This document shows, one piece after another, positions 1 through 12,261 of a stretch of DNA of 64,000 nt (positions are counted from its first letter, which is position 1; the number at the start of each line of letters is the position of its first letter). The notes under the pieces were generated by a model. That model was given only the letters and a program-made list of their open reading frames with translations. It had not been told where the DNA came from and did no database searches. The stretch is from the NCBI GenBank assembly GCA_002269645.1, contig NIVC01002168.1, forward strand, positions 1 through 64,000, given 5' to 3'. This DNA comes from Macrostomum lignano. Lineage: Eukaryota. Made by a program: the position numbers and the translations under genes.

Positions 1-590
1 ACTAAAACTAGTATGATTGATGACTTGTGGCGATCATGGACTAATTTGTCAATATTAATAAATTGCTCTAATGTTTTAATTTTGTTCTTCATAGGCGTTT
101 GAGGACTTTTTGTTACTGTTTTAATAATCACTACTTTAATATTTAAAATACAAAACCATTATTATTATTTGCATAAGTTATGCGAAGTGTATCCTAAGAA
201 CGGATTTTAAGGAGCTGTTATCTTTTTTAATTTTTATAATTAATTTTCATTATAGCAATTTTGATTTACGTGAATTAAATTTAACTTTGTGTAATGGAAG
301 CTGTCCTTGACCAATTTTTAGAGTTCCTGCGAGAGCCTATTTGACCATACGCTTCACTCAGTGTGGGTTTCGCACGACGTTAAAGCTGAGTCACAATATA
401 AAAATTGCTTTGAGGAGAATTTCTCCTGCTATTTGTTCCATTTTTAAGATACATAATTTAGAAAAGGGTTAGTGAAATCGTCCGTAGGTAGGGTCGCGAG
501 CATTGTTCGTTTGTAACTTGCGTGGCCCACTTCATGTCTTTTTTTACAGCTAGATAGAGGGTGAACACAAAAGATTTGCACGAGCCACTC

Positions 591-673
591 CTATTGGATG
601 CCAAAACCAAACACTTTTTGGCAGAAATTTTGGCAAAAATTTTGGTTTTGGCAGAAATTTTGGCAGCCAATAG
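591..673. mobile_element. Small foldback/MITE-like element
   Basis: CTATTGGATGCCAAAA (591-606) is near-complementary to TTTTGGCAGCCAATAG (658-673); inner GCCAAAACCAAA/TTTGGTTTTGGC pair. Confidence 0.4.
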
Positions 674-1238
674 AAATGTTGAGTGCTGCGGTTAGTGCTC
701 TAGTAGTCGAGTATGCATGCCACGAAAAATTTAAATTAGCGCTCCATGTTCTTGAATGTCTTCTATTATCTTTAAGTACAAATCTAGAACAACATTAAAG
801 CCATTTCAAAGCCTCGGGACAAAGCGAATGTGCAGGAGCAAATTATTGACTTTTGTAAAAGCATTGTATGCCTCGAGTGGACAATTTTTATGCATAGATG
901 GTAGCTGACTGATCGTTAAAAGCAAAGCTAGTAAGATTGGCTTATTGAAGGGCGTTATGCAATGGGAGAAAAGACTATTATTAAATTTGATGCTAGTTTT
1001 GAAATGATGAAACATGAAAATAGGTTATTTTAACCCACGAATCAAAAATTTCTTGTGGTTTTACTCACGAAATCGCGCAAAAAGCAATTTTTCGAAACTT
1101 TTGAAAAATCACTAAAATCACTGTTTTCAGACAATTTTCACCTGTTTTTAGTCGATTTTTATCTGTTTTTTGTGATTTTTCAAAATGAGTTGCGCTCAAA
1201 CCTACTTTTCCTATACTACTTTTGGCGTTGCACACTTT

Positions 1239-1620
1239 CCACCAACCCCAATCATATCGCTCACCCCTGCCTGCCCCCACCAACCCCAATCATATCGCTC
1301 ACCCCTGCCTGCCCCCACCAACCCCAATCATATCGCTCACCCCTGCCTGCCCCCACCAACCCCAATCATATCGCTCACCCCTGCCTGCCCCCAAAAACCC
1401 CAATCAATGTACATCGCTCACTCCCTGCCCGTCCCTACCAACCCCAATCAATGTACATCGCTCACTCCCTGCCCGTCCCTACCAACCCCAATGAATGGAC
1501 ATCGCTCAGTCCCTGCACATCGCTCACTCCCTGCTTTTCCCTGCCAACCCCAATCAATGTACATCGCTCACTCCCTACCCGTTTCTACCAACCCCAATCA
1601 ATGTACATCGCTCATCCAAC
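1239..1620. repeat. Minisatellite, 38/44-bp units (ACCAACCCCAATCATATCGCTCACCCCTGCCTGCCCCC)
   Basis: Tandem units read directly; the unit changes form along the array. Confidence 0.9.
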
Positions 1621-2769
1621 CTTGTCACCAGCAACCCTAATGAATGTACATGAATGTTACATGACATCGCTTACTTTTTTGTCAATCAATTCCGCAGTTT
1701 ACCATTTGGTTTATGTTCTACGCGCCTATCACGGCCACGAAGGCTACTCATTCCAGGACCTGCCAATCATGGATTAGTGATAGAATAAATGCTTGCAATC
1801 TCCTACTCGTACTGCAAATCCTCATTTGGTGTGATTCAGTTTCATGTATTTATAAATAAAAAACTTTCATATTTTAATTCGTATAAAAATCTAGTCGCTA
1901 ATTGGTGTGTATATTCTTGTACATACATTGTCACTCAATATATGCCTGCAATTTTTGTTATTTTATAAATTACCCAGCGTTTATGCTATTTTAACTTGCT
2001 TCACGTACTTTCTTCTATCGTTTGTGTTGTGAATTTTCTATTTGAAGTTGACTTAAGTCTGGCAACAGTTGCTGATAAGAACTGTTTTTTGCTGCAAGTC
2101 GGCTGACTTTACATGAAAATATTTTTTAACTACGCCTCAATATTAAAAAAAATATGTTTATTACGCGAGTAACATTGTGCGTTGCGGTTTATGACAGATT
2201 ATTTATGGCAGGCTGCATCTACCATATTTGGTTCTGGCTAATGGGACGTTATTAGTTTTTAAAAAAAAGAAATTAAATTAGTGACTAGCTATCCATTAAT
2301 CAGTGATACGAGCGTAATTGGCATTATGCGTTCCTGTCATTACATTTTTGCGAATAAAATTTTGATAGTTTTTGAGCACTTTGCTAACAGATATTTTTAA
2401 TACTTCGTTTGCTTCTGGTCTGCCTTAATTATATTTTCCTTCAGAAGTTTCTTGTCTTTTTGCTGCTTTTTATATGGCAAGCTGTTTTAATCGTTAATTG
2501 TACCAGTAAGCTTAAAACGTACTAGCTTTGCTGTTTTGACTTTCGACTCCGTGTTATAGATGTTTCGTACAGTTGTTTTGTGACACCGAAAGAAAAGTAA
2601 AAATGAATGTTGTTATATGCTGATCCGACTAGGATTCATCGCATAAATTACGTAACTTTTTGTAACATAAAGTTACTTTTTGTTGAATTAATGGTCTTAT
2701 TCTATCCTCATACGTCACTCAGAAAGACCGCTCGCTAACCGAGAGCAGTATGTGTACGGGCTACGGGTA

Positions 2770-3216
2770 CTGTGGAAAGAAAATAGGGTGGGGGTTGAAT
2801 GGTCAGTTATGGCTTTACGCACTCCACGCGTGGACACTGATAAGGACCGCTAGCCAAGAGCAATGAAGTAAGAGCATTGGCTGGGCCTGGGGAAGGGAAG
2901 TGAGGGTGTGGATTGAATAGTCAGTCATGGATTTACGCACTCCACGCGTGGACACTGATAGGCTAGCCAAGAGCAATAAAGTGTAGGCATTGGCTGGGCC
3001 TGGGGAAGGGAAGTGAGGGTGTGGGCTGAATGGTCAGTCGTGGCTTTACGCACTCCACGCGTGGACACTGATAAGGACCGCTAGCCAAGAGCAATGAAGT
3101 AAGAGCATTGGCTGGGCCTGGGGAAGGGAAGTGAGGGTGTGGGCTGAGTGGTCAGTCGTGGCTTTACTCACTCCACGCGTGGACACTGATAAGGACCGCT
3201 AGCCAAGAGCATTGGC
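2770..3216. repeat. About 115-120-bp tandem repeat, ~4 copies
   Basis: Recurring CACTCCACGCGTGGACACTGATA..GCTAGCCAAGAGCA..CATTGGCTGGGCCTGGGGAAGGGAAGTGAGGGTGTGG. Confidence 0.9.
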
Positions 3217-4262
3217 TCAATATGGCTGGGCAAGGAAAATGGGGGTGGTTGAATAGTCAGCTTCAAGCACTCTCCAAGCTAACGCGTGTAACGCTTCTAG
3301 CCAATAGTAATAAGGGGTTGAAAGATGTCGAAAGATTGTACTATGTGACGTCGTAGTAACTAATTTTTTTTTTCGGCGCGCCAGCTTTTTTTCGTAAAGT
3401 ATCGCATGTGTGTGTTTATTTTTTACTTCATTATATTTCTGCTTCTGCTTGCTTGCGAAGTTAATCAATTGTTGGCAACTTAAATCGAATGAATCTCAGA
3501 AATATACCATATACGCTTTGGCACATTACCGTAAACGCCCAACAAGAACGCCATTATTGAAAGGCAGTGTTTTAAGTCACTGCTACTTTTCTCCCCGGAA
3601 GCAATTCCTGGAAATTTATTAAAACAAGTTCTTTGTTTTATTATTATTTAATTTTAAGTACATTGGTAAAAACCCAATAGTTTTGCTATTGTCGCAATGA
3701 ACTGCGGCCAAAAACCTGTTGGTTTTTCTTTGCCTGAAAGGATATAAAGTTCAAGGATACAAGCTTGCAAAATCATTCTGTATATTTGGATTGAGAACTA
3801 AAAATAAGAATTTTTAGTGCCAAATGCCAAATGCCAAACCCCCGTATTTCTAAAGTTTTTGAATCAGTCGCTGGAGCCTTGCGGGTTGCCCCTCGTGGGT
3901 GTGAATTTCGCGACGACCCCGGCATAAGTCGAATACGTATTTCTTGTTTATAGGCTTGGACTCAAAACGTCCAGCAGTTCAAATCACAGACTGTCAATGG
4001 TATAATCTATTATAAAATATGAATATATGTTTGAATTGCGTGCATAATTAATAAGGACTGAGCAAATAAGTAAAATGGTCTGAACAAGAATGCAAATCAT
4101 TAACGTAGCAAAACAACTCGCTGACAAATCAACAGTTAGAATTACATGTGTAAACAAAAACATTTCAATTGTAATAATAGAAATTTTTTGACGTTGTCAT
4201 GCTCTAACTGCACTACTGACTGTTCACTAAGTAGTGTAGTAAGAACTAGAAAAAATTACTAG

Positions 4263-4992
4263 CTACTCGCGGGCGCCAATACGACCACCATTTGGCTTGA
4301 ACTTCACGCCCGGGAAGCAGTCGGGATGCTCGCCTCTCAGCAGCACCCGGTCCTCCTCCGTCAGATCAACTCGACCTGATGGAGAAATGTCCGAGTTTTC
4401 AATGACGCGCCATGATAACCAATTGCATCCATTTATACCTAGGAAGCTTTGGTCCAAAATAACATTAGGACTTTTAGGGTCTTCCCATTATTACAATCTA
4501 ATCTAGCATTAGATTCTAAGAGTGAGTGATTCTTTGAGTGAGAGCGTGATTCTTAGGGCGATAGAGTGATTCTTAGGGCGATAGAGTGATTCTTAGGGCG
4601 AGAGAGTGGTTCTTAGGGCTATAGAGTTATTCTTAAGGCGAGTGAGTGATTCCTAAGGTAAGAGAGTGACATGAGAGTGAAAGGCGAGTGAGTGATTGGT
4701 ATTCACCGTTTGGGAATCGATAAACCCAGAATATGATTTGCTCAAGCGGTTTTCCCTCTGTGACTCCGGTCCCCTCTCACCCTCGTGTCGGGCGATGAAG
4801 GCCAGGCAGATGCGGGCGGTGAGCAGAACAGCGTCGCGCGGGTGCAGCGAGTCGGCGAGACCGATCCGCCTGGACAGCCAGGCAGACAGGTACAGCCCTG
4901 CGTCCGTCTGCGCCGCGTGGTTCGCGCCTCTGCGGGGTTTAGGGCGGAGTGAGCATTAGGATTCTTAGAGTGATTCTTAAGAGAGGGAGAGG

Positions 4993-5027
<35 letters not shown>

Positions 5028-7413
5028 GAGAAGGAGAGAGGAGAGAGAGGGGGAAGGAGAGAGAAGAGAGGAGAGAGAAGAGAGAGAGAGAGATAGAGGG
5101 AGAAGGAGAGAGGAGAGGTAGAAATGGATGCAGATAAAATCGGAGAGTGAGACGGGTATAGATTTGAAGGGCAGCAGAAGCTGAGGAAATTCTGCATGCT
5201 AAGATTCTTAGAGTGATTCTTAGAGAGTGATTGTGGTAGGGTGAGGGTGGGTTTTTAGGGTTAGAGTGATTCTGGTAGGGTGAGGGTGGGTTTTTAGGGT
5301 GAGAGTGATTCTGGTAGGGCGAGGGTGGTTCTTAGGGTGAGAGTGATTCTTTGGGTGATAGTGATTCTCGTAGAGTGAGGGTGATTTTTGTAGGGTGAGA
5401 ATGATCCTTGTAGGGTTAGGGTGATTCTCGTAGGGTTAGGGTGATTCTCGTAGGGTGAGAGTGATCCTCGTAGGGTGAGAGTGCTTCTCGTATGGTGAGG
5501 GCGATTCTCGTAGGGTGAGGGTGATTCTTGTAGGATTAGGGCGATTTCTAGGGTGTGAGAGCGTGATTCTTACGGTGTGAATGATTCTTTGGGTGAGAGA
5601 GTCATTCGTAGTGTGAGAGTGATTGAGAATGAGAGTGACAGGAATTATTCAGATTCTTAGGGTGACAGAGTGGTTCTTTGGGTGAGAGGTTATTATTTTG
5701 GTGAGAGAGTGATTCTTAGTTTAAGAGAGAGCGATTCTTAGTTGCGAGTGTTTGAAGCTCACTATGCCACATTTTACCTGATGCTCAGGTTGGCCTTCAT
5801 CTCCTCGCTCTCGATGGCATCCAGCACCGCCTGCACCCGCTGGGCGTTGGCCTCCCAGTGAAAAATTTCGTTGCTAAGAAACAGCACGGGGATCTTCACG
5901 TTGTTGTAGTGCTCGGGGTCAACCGGGTGCATCCAGATGTCCAGCAGGCTGCAAGTTCTGTGGTTAGATGGTAGCGAGCGGTTATAGGGATAGTCGCAGC
6001 GGCTACCCACTCCCCACCCACCCCACTCCTCACCGACCCCCCTCCCCACCCACCCCACTCCTCACCGACCCCACTCCTCACCCACCCCACTCCTTACCCA
6101 CCCCACTCCTCACACCCCACTCCTCACCGACCCCACTCCTCACCCACCCCAATGCTCACCCACCACTGCTTACCCACCCCACTCCTCACCCACCCTATTT
6201 TTCCCAATATTTATAATATTCTTACTTGTACACTGCCTCAGGCGTTGTGGCAAGCGTCGTTAATGCGGTGGCGGCGCCGAAGGAGTGGCCCATCAGATGA
6301 ACTCGATTCGGGTCGATCAGGCCCTGTGCAGTGATAAAAGAAAGAAAAGTATAGAAACTGGAAAGTTTTTCTTTAGACCCAAAAGCCTCCAGTCTGGGAG
6401 ATGAAGAGCGCCCGTGTCGGAGAGTGAAAGCCGCAATAATGACTATTGAAGTGGACAGACGCCAAAACTAAACCCGTAGCAACTAAAACGACCTCCAAGG
6501 TGCTTGAATTGGCACACCAATCATCTGAACTGGCACACCTAGCATCTGAACTGGCACATCTAGAACCTGAACTGGCACACTTAGCAGCTGAACTGGCACA
6601 CCTAGCATCTGAACTGGCACATCTAGAACCTGAACTGGCACACTTAGCAGCTGAACTGGCACATCTAGCACCTGAACTGGCACACTTAGCAGCTGAACTG
6701 GCACATCTAGCACCTGAACTGGCACATCTAGCACCTGAACTGGCACCTCGCGAAGCTGAGCACCCAGAAGCGCCCCCAGCAGGACTCACCCGGAAGCTGG
6801 CCAGCCGGCTGTCGGGGCAGCCGCCCAGCTCCTCGGGCAAGCGATTGGCCACCGGCGGCTGCCCCCTGCCCAGCGCCAAGACGGCCTCCGTCAGCTGAAG
6901 GCACTCGCCGGCCCGCCACCGAGCCTGCGCGTGCCGCCGAGGAAAGTCGTTCAACTGGCCCGCCTCCATAGGCAGCCAGCGGCGTTGCCCGTCGACAACG
7001 TCGAAGGACATCGATGCGGAGCCGTCGCGGTGTTCAACGGCAGCCACTAGGAAGCCGCGCGAGGCCAGCTCCAGGCACAGCGACGAATAGATGTGACGCT
7101 GAGCGCCCAGGCCGTGCGAGAAGATGATGACTGGCAGAGGCTGCGCGGGCCGCAGCGGCTCGGCCTGCCAAGCGCAGTTCAGGCGCAGCCGGCCGAAGCC
7201 CCAGCAGAGGAAGGCGGACAGCCAGGAGCCCCAGTTGGAGAAAGCCAGCAGGCCGCGCACGTACTCCGGCTCCGTGTAGGGGTGCCCGGCGCCTGGCGCG
7301 GCTAGCGCGGGGTAGAATAGGCGCGCCAACACGCCGCCGCCATTGTCGGAGGCGGGCCCGGTCAGCAGGTCGAGCGCTCCGACCGGGTGCGGGCCGCAGG
7401 GCTCGAACACGAA
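4263..7413 (-). CDS. PAFAH2: Platelet-activating factor acetylhydrolase (PAFAH2/PLA2G7 family), 5 exons; start codon not found
   Basis: Exons 7413-6790, 6323-6226, 5957-5778, 4929-4781, 4375-4263 join in phase at GT-AG sites to give about 387 aa. Motifs: GPHPVG..LARLFYP, PVIIFSHGLG, VAAVEHRDGSAS, nucleophile elbow GHSFG, LDIWMHP (Asp) and GANH (His). No signal peptide is seen, favouring PAFAH2-like, but orthology to PLA2G7 is not excluded. Confidence 0.92.
4520..5750. repeat. Degenerate GTGATTCTTAGGG-type minisatellites plus AG-rich tract in PAFAH introns (interrupted by exon 4781-4929)
   Basis: About 20-bp degenerate units at 4520-4700 and 5200-5750; (GA)n-rich at 4980-5110. Confidence 0.8.
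6005..6195. repeat. C-rich CACCCACCCCACTCCT repeat in a PAFAH intron
   Basis: Read directly. Confidence 0.85.
6505..6745. repeat. 21-bp minisatellite GAACTGGCACATCTAGCACCT in PAFAH intron 1
   Basis: About 11 units, read directly. Confidence 0.9.
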
Positions 7414-7990
7414 CTGGAATGATTGGCGTTGATTCCAGTTGAGGGTGAAGAACTCTTGCGAAAGGAGTTTTAAAAGCTTGGAATTACACTTCTAATAACA
7501 CTTTTAAATCAATAACATTTCAATAGACATTGTCTAGCTGCTTTCAGAAGAATATTCAAGCAATGATTTTTGAAAAAATGATCCTGTAAGTTATTTCGCC
7601 TTTCATGGATTTTTATAGAGCTATACAAGTATGGAACATGCCTAACCTGCTTACTCTGAAAGTTTGCCTTGGATTAATCTGTGCCGAGCCCGTGAAAATG
7701 CATGCACATGTACACGAAAAGTGCAGTAAAGTTACGCGAAGCGAGAGTTAGGAGAGTATAGTTGTGTGGATATTGCGACAGCAAACCTCGGCAGGAATCG
7801 TGCAGGGTGAGGGAGAAATGTCAGAAAAGCGCACAAGGGTTTTTATGCACTCAATAAAAAATCTGCCTGAAAACCTTGATCCCTAAGGTAGGAAGTATTG
7901 GGCGGCAAGGAAATTTCTCCCTAAAAACTCGCAACGGAAGTATGGGTGGGGAATTTGAACTGAGGCAATCGATAACCGCCATTTGTTACC

Positions 7991-8375
7991 TTGCCGCCGC
8001 CCCCCGCCGCCGCTGTCCCACTTTGCAGACTTAAGCCCCAACCTTGCCAAGCGCAGACCGAGTTTCTCCTGCAGCGCGCAGTCAAGGCAATGAGCTGCAG
8101 TGTTGGCTCTCAAGAAGCTCGGCGAGTCGAGCAGCGGGATGAACACCCAGGAGCAGATGACACAGCGTCCAACGAGGCGAGGCGGAATCCCAAGGAAGAT
8201 GAGCCGTCAACTCGCTGGCTGCGACTGCGGCGGCTGCAGGTGCTGCTGCTCGAGCTGGAGCGGCGCGCCAGGGCAGCTCGGACGCTGCCCAGAGCAACGC
8301 AGGGTTGCTAGAGTGGCTCAAGAATGAGTTCGAGTGACCAGCCTGCCTGGCATTATTTTCTGCCAAAGTTTGCAC
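7991..8375. other. Unassigned GC-rich coding-like island
   Basis: About 380 bp GC-rich island in AT-rich DNA with open frames on both strands (8082-8375 minus, Ala-rich; 7991-8311 plus). Strand and identity are unresolved. Confidence 0.3.
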
Positions 8376-10263
8376 TCCTCTCGTGTAAAGTTAGTGGACA
8401 GTTGAATACGGGTTTCACAGACTTCAATTTGATCTTGGATTTCTATTTCTTTTATCTTAGAGCTGAGAAAAACACCACTTGTGAATATTTTAACCGCTTT
8501 TCTAACTTTATTACAAGTACAATAGCACAAAGTATAGCTAATCCAAATATTTATGGTATGGTGCAGTACAAAAATTTAGGTCAAACTCTTTTTAGCACCT
8601 ATTCTTCGAGTCTTGGCTCAAAGCGCAAAAAATTAAAATTATACATTTCACAAGTCGATATTGCTATCTTAGCTGCTTTTATTGCGCATAATCCAAAACG
8701 TTAAACATTAATACTTGACATACTTTTATTGACTCGTAGCTTATTCCACCAACAAAACAGAATCCTCTGTTACTTATTTAATTATCCTAAACTCTTGCTG
8801 CTGCATATTTTTTCGTTCGAATGAACCGATATCTGGAATTAAAAGTTTTTTTAGAAGTCTAAGTTGTATCATTAAAAAGGAAATATAATATTTGATATAG
8901 CCACGAAGTCCCCACACCCAATCGACTCAAGGTTTTTTGATACCTCATGCCGCATGCCAGCAGCTTTGGCGACACTGGCGCTGAAGAAATAATCAAGGGC
9001 CTCAAAAATCATACCTAACCTACGTATGATTTTTACGTATGATAAAAATCCTACCTACGTCCCAGACTCCCAGCAAAATAATTCTTAATAAGCAGCTATT
9101 TTAATAAAATTGAATAATTCTTATCTTCGAAATTCGTATAAATAATAGAAAATATCTATGCCAAAGAAAAATTTTTCATTTAAAAATAAAATAAAATTTT
9201 CACTAAAAGTTATTTAGAATAGTATACAAAACTATATAACCCTATTCTGCAGAAACTTTTAGTTATAACTATTAAAAGCCGATTAAATTTTCTAAGAAAT
9301 TTTTGAGACGTTTTTTGAGGCCTTGCGAATTAAAACCGTTACCTGAGCCTTATTTATTTAATCACGCGCGACATTAGGCTTTCTTCGAAACTACCTCGTT
9401 TAGAGACTATCAGTATATTTTAATGTGTGATGTGTCGGATTTTACTATAGCGGGTATGTATGATATATACTAAATAAAATACAAAGAAGAGTCAAATAAA
9501 AATATAAGTCTCGTCATAACCTTAAAACCTTATCATGCAATTTCTATTATTATAGACGTATTCTATAGATAGGCTAGTAGACATAGCCCATGGCCATACT
9601 GCTCTACTCAGTATACACTGTAGGCCTGTAGCCTAGGCCCATTGGCCGTGTAGGTTAATCAATAGTCCTACTCCTAGAGTCCTATTGGATGTGAATGCTA
9701 TCAATATTAGGCCTAGGCATTATGAAACATAGTCCCATGCTTACTATTTAATCAGCCTAGTTGTTCAACCATCCCCATAGTGGTACCATGCCTAGGCTGC
9801 CTACTGCTAGGCTAAGAGAAAGACTAGCACTAGCAGACTAGGTCTAGGTCCTAGGAATATGATGACTTAGAAAGAAGCTACCCATAGGCCATAGCCCATA
9901 GCATGCCATTAGCACTTGTCAATTAGGCCTAGTTTTAGGCCTAGACTAGATGGCCACATACCAAGATGGCCACAACATTAAATCTTTATTACAAGCTAGG
10001 GCCTATATCTAACTTTCTCTTTTTACCATTGACATTGTTTTGTAACTTGATAACTAATGTTATATTAATTATTATGTTTAATTAATCATCATCGTCAAAG
10101 ATTAATCCAATACAATAGGCCTAGGCCTAATATTAGATTTGAAACTAGGCCTAATTATCTATAATACAACTGAAATCATTTTGACTTTAGTTTTTGTTTA
10201 GCCTCCCTAGTCTAGTTCTATTTATAATTTATATATATAAATATAAATGGAATATATAATATA

Positions 10264-10341
10264 TGGCAGTGCTTATCCCCACGGTACCGTAGGAATAATT
10301 TCTGTCTTATTCCAACGGTACCATGGGAATAAGCACTGCCA
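10264..10341. mobile_element. 78-bp foldback element (tiny MITE or RNA hairpin)
   Basis: 35-bp arms at 10264-10298 and 10307-10341 are 32/35 complementary with an 8-nt loop; TAATATA lies directly on both flanks. Confidence 0.6.
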
Positions 10342-12261
10342 TAATATATATATAATATATTTATCTCTTTAAGACTTGAAGATTTATTCCCAAGACTAAT
10401 TATGACTAATTAGTAATAAAGAAATATATAAACATTATTTAGGTCTATCTATTTAGACATTTTAACTATGGAGTATGGCCATCTTGTTCTTGGTATGTAG
10501 CCATCTTGGTCATCTACCATTAAGGCCTAGGTATACACTAGGCCTAGGCTATTGCCAAATGCCTATTTATTATAATAGGCCTAACAAAATGGCCCCATTG
10601 GCATAATAAAATATTAAGCCTATAATTTAATAAAATCTGTGGCTGTGGCTAGGGTTGGGATGCCTATAATGTAAAAATAAAAATATAGGGCCTAAAGTAG
10701 AAAATAATATAAGAATAAGCCTATTTTATTAATAATATTAATATAGGCCCCTATTATTTGAGAGATATTACAATTTTTTGTATTATTCAGTCTATTGTTT
10801 GCCTTGATTAAAAACTGTATTGATTAGGCCTATCCTACCTAACCTAGGCAAAAACTTAAATCATATCAAATATTATGAAAAAGAAAACAAACATTAACTT
10901 ATATTTATTTTCTTATATATTATGGCCAATATATTTTGACCCTTGTAGGTCATCATCAGGGTAGTAATGAAAATTGAAAATTGAATAAACAGTTAAATAA
11001 ATATATATGTATTAATATATATTAAATAAATATAACATGTTTATTCAATTTTAAGTGGTGATTATAAACTGAAAGATAAACTGAAAGATAATGATAGCTA
11101 TTTGCTAAGCAAGCAATGAATTTAGATTTATGATGACTCAATTTAAATAAAATGATTAATTATAAATGTTGCCACTTAAATCAGGCAAAATAGAAAGATT
11201 TTAATCAATTCTGCTACATATCATCTTTACCCTCTTGCTGCTATTTTGGTTATGCATAAATATGGCTAAAGGCCCAAAGAAATATGGCAATCAACAACTA
11301 TGTGCCCTCTCCCAGGTATTGGTAGAATGTCTCAAACCTAATATTCACTTGCATTTACCTAGGATACATTTGCTAGTAATGCCTGATAGTGTGGCCTTGG
11401 TGAACTTGCTATAGCAGACACTGCACCTGTTGTATGTTATACTAAAGTAGGGCTAGTAGAAAATACAAATTCAGCACTTTTTTCTACTCTTGTTGAGCTA
11501 TGTGTGCCAAGCTGAAGCCTCCATGGTATTTTTCATCCTTGTGAACCACTCAAAGATGAAAATGGTATCTCAGTCCCATATAAGGTGCTATAGCCAAGTT
11601 GCACACACATTCTATTAGCTCTAGAAAGTGCTAATTTGCTCTTGCCATTGCAGTGCAGGCTGCAAGACCATCTAGCATACAAAGAAATGGCAGACAAGAA
11701 ATCAAAAGTAGCATACATTCTAATAACTTTACTATCAGGGAAGTTAAATACTGCATCTGCAATCCAAAAGACTGGACTTGCCTGAAAATAGCCTGGTAAT
11801 AATGAAAAAAGCAACCACATTCCACAAACTTAGGCTGCTAGATAAACTAGCCAAATGGCTTGCTAGGTGGCCAACTCAAAGTTGCAGATAAATTGGATTG
11901 GTGCATTATTAGTTAACTCTCATACCTGCTAGAAGTAGGCCTGGTATTCAGCCTGAACCTTACCTGATATTAGAAAGAATACCAGTGGTACCAGATTTTC
12001 TCAATTGTCATAGCAAATGACTCTATGAAGGCTGTGCAGCTGCATATAAGGTGCCTTGACAATGCCAAATGTGCCATTATAGTGCAGAATATGTTGGGTA
12101 GATAGGATCTCCCATTATATTGTAGACATAAAAACAAAGTGCTATCTATTTGTCTCTTGGACAATAATGTCTTGCAATCAAAATCTGGGGGCACACCATA
12201 CATGTGCAACAGTTGGCCAAGTCAGCTGATCGGGCCAACCGATTTGGCGGCCAATCAAGGA

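Noticed and set aside
5255-5530. Interstitial telomere (TTAGGG)
   Set aside because: Only isolated TTAGGG hexamers inside a ~20-bp minisatellite.
8085-8105. TAAHC trypsin-like His motif in a minus-strand ORF
   Set aside because: No surrounding serine-protease motifs, and an in-frame stop lies shortly upstream.
10264-10285. miR-34/449 seed (UGGCAGUG) at the start of the hairpin arm
   Set aside because: Only the first 8 nt match, and the rest and the hairpin geometry differ from miR-34 precursors as I remember them.
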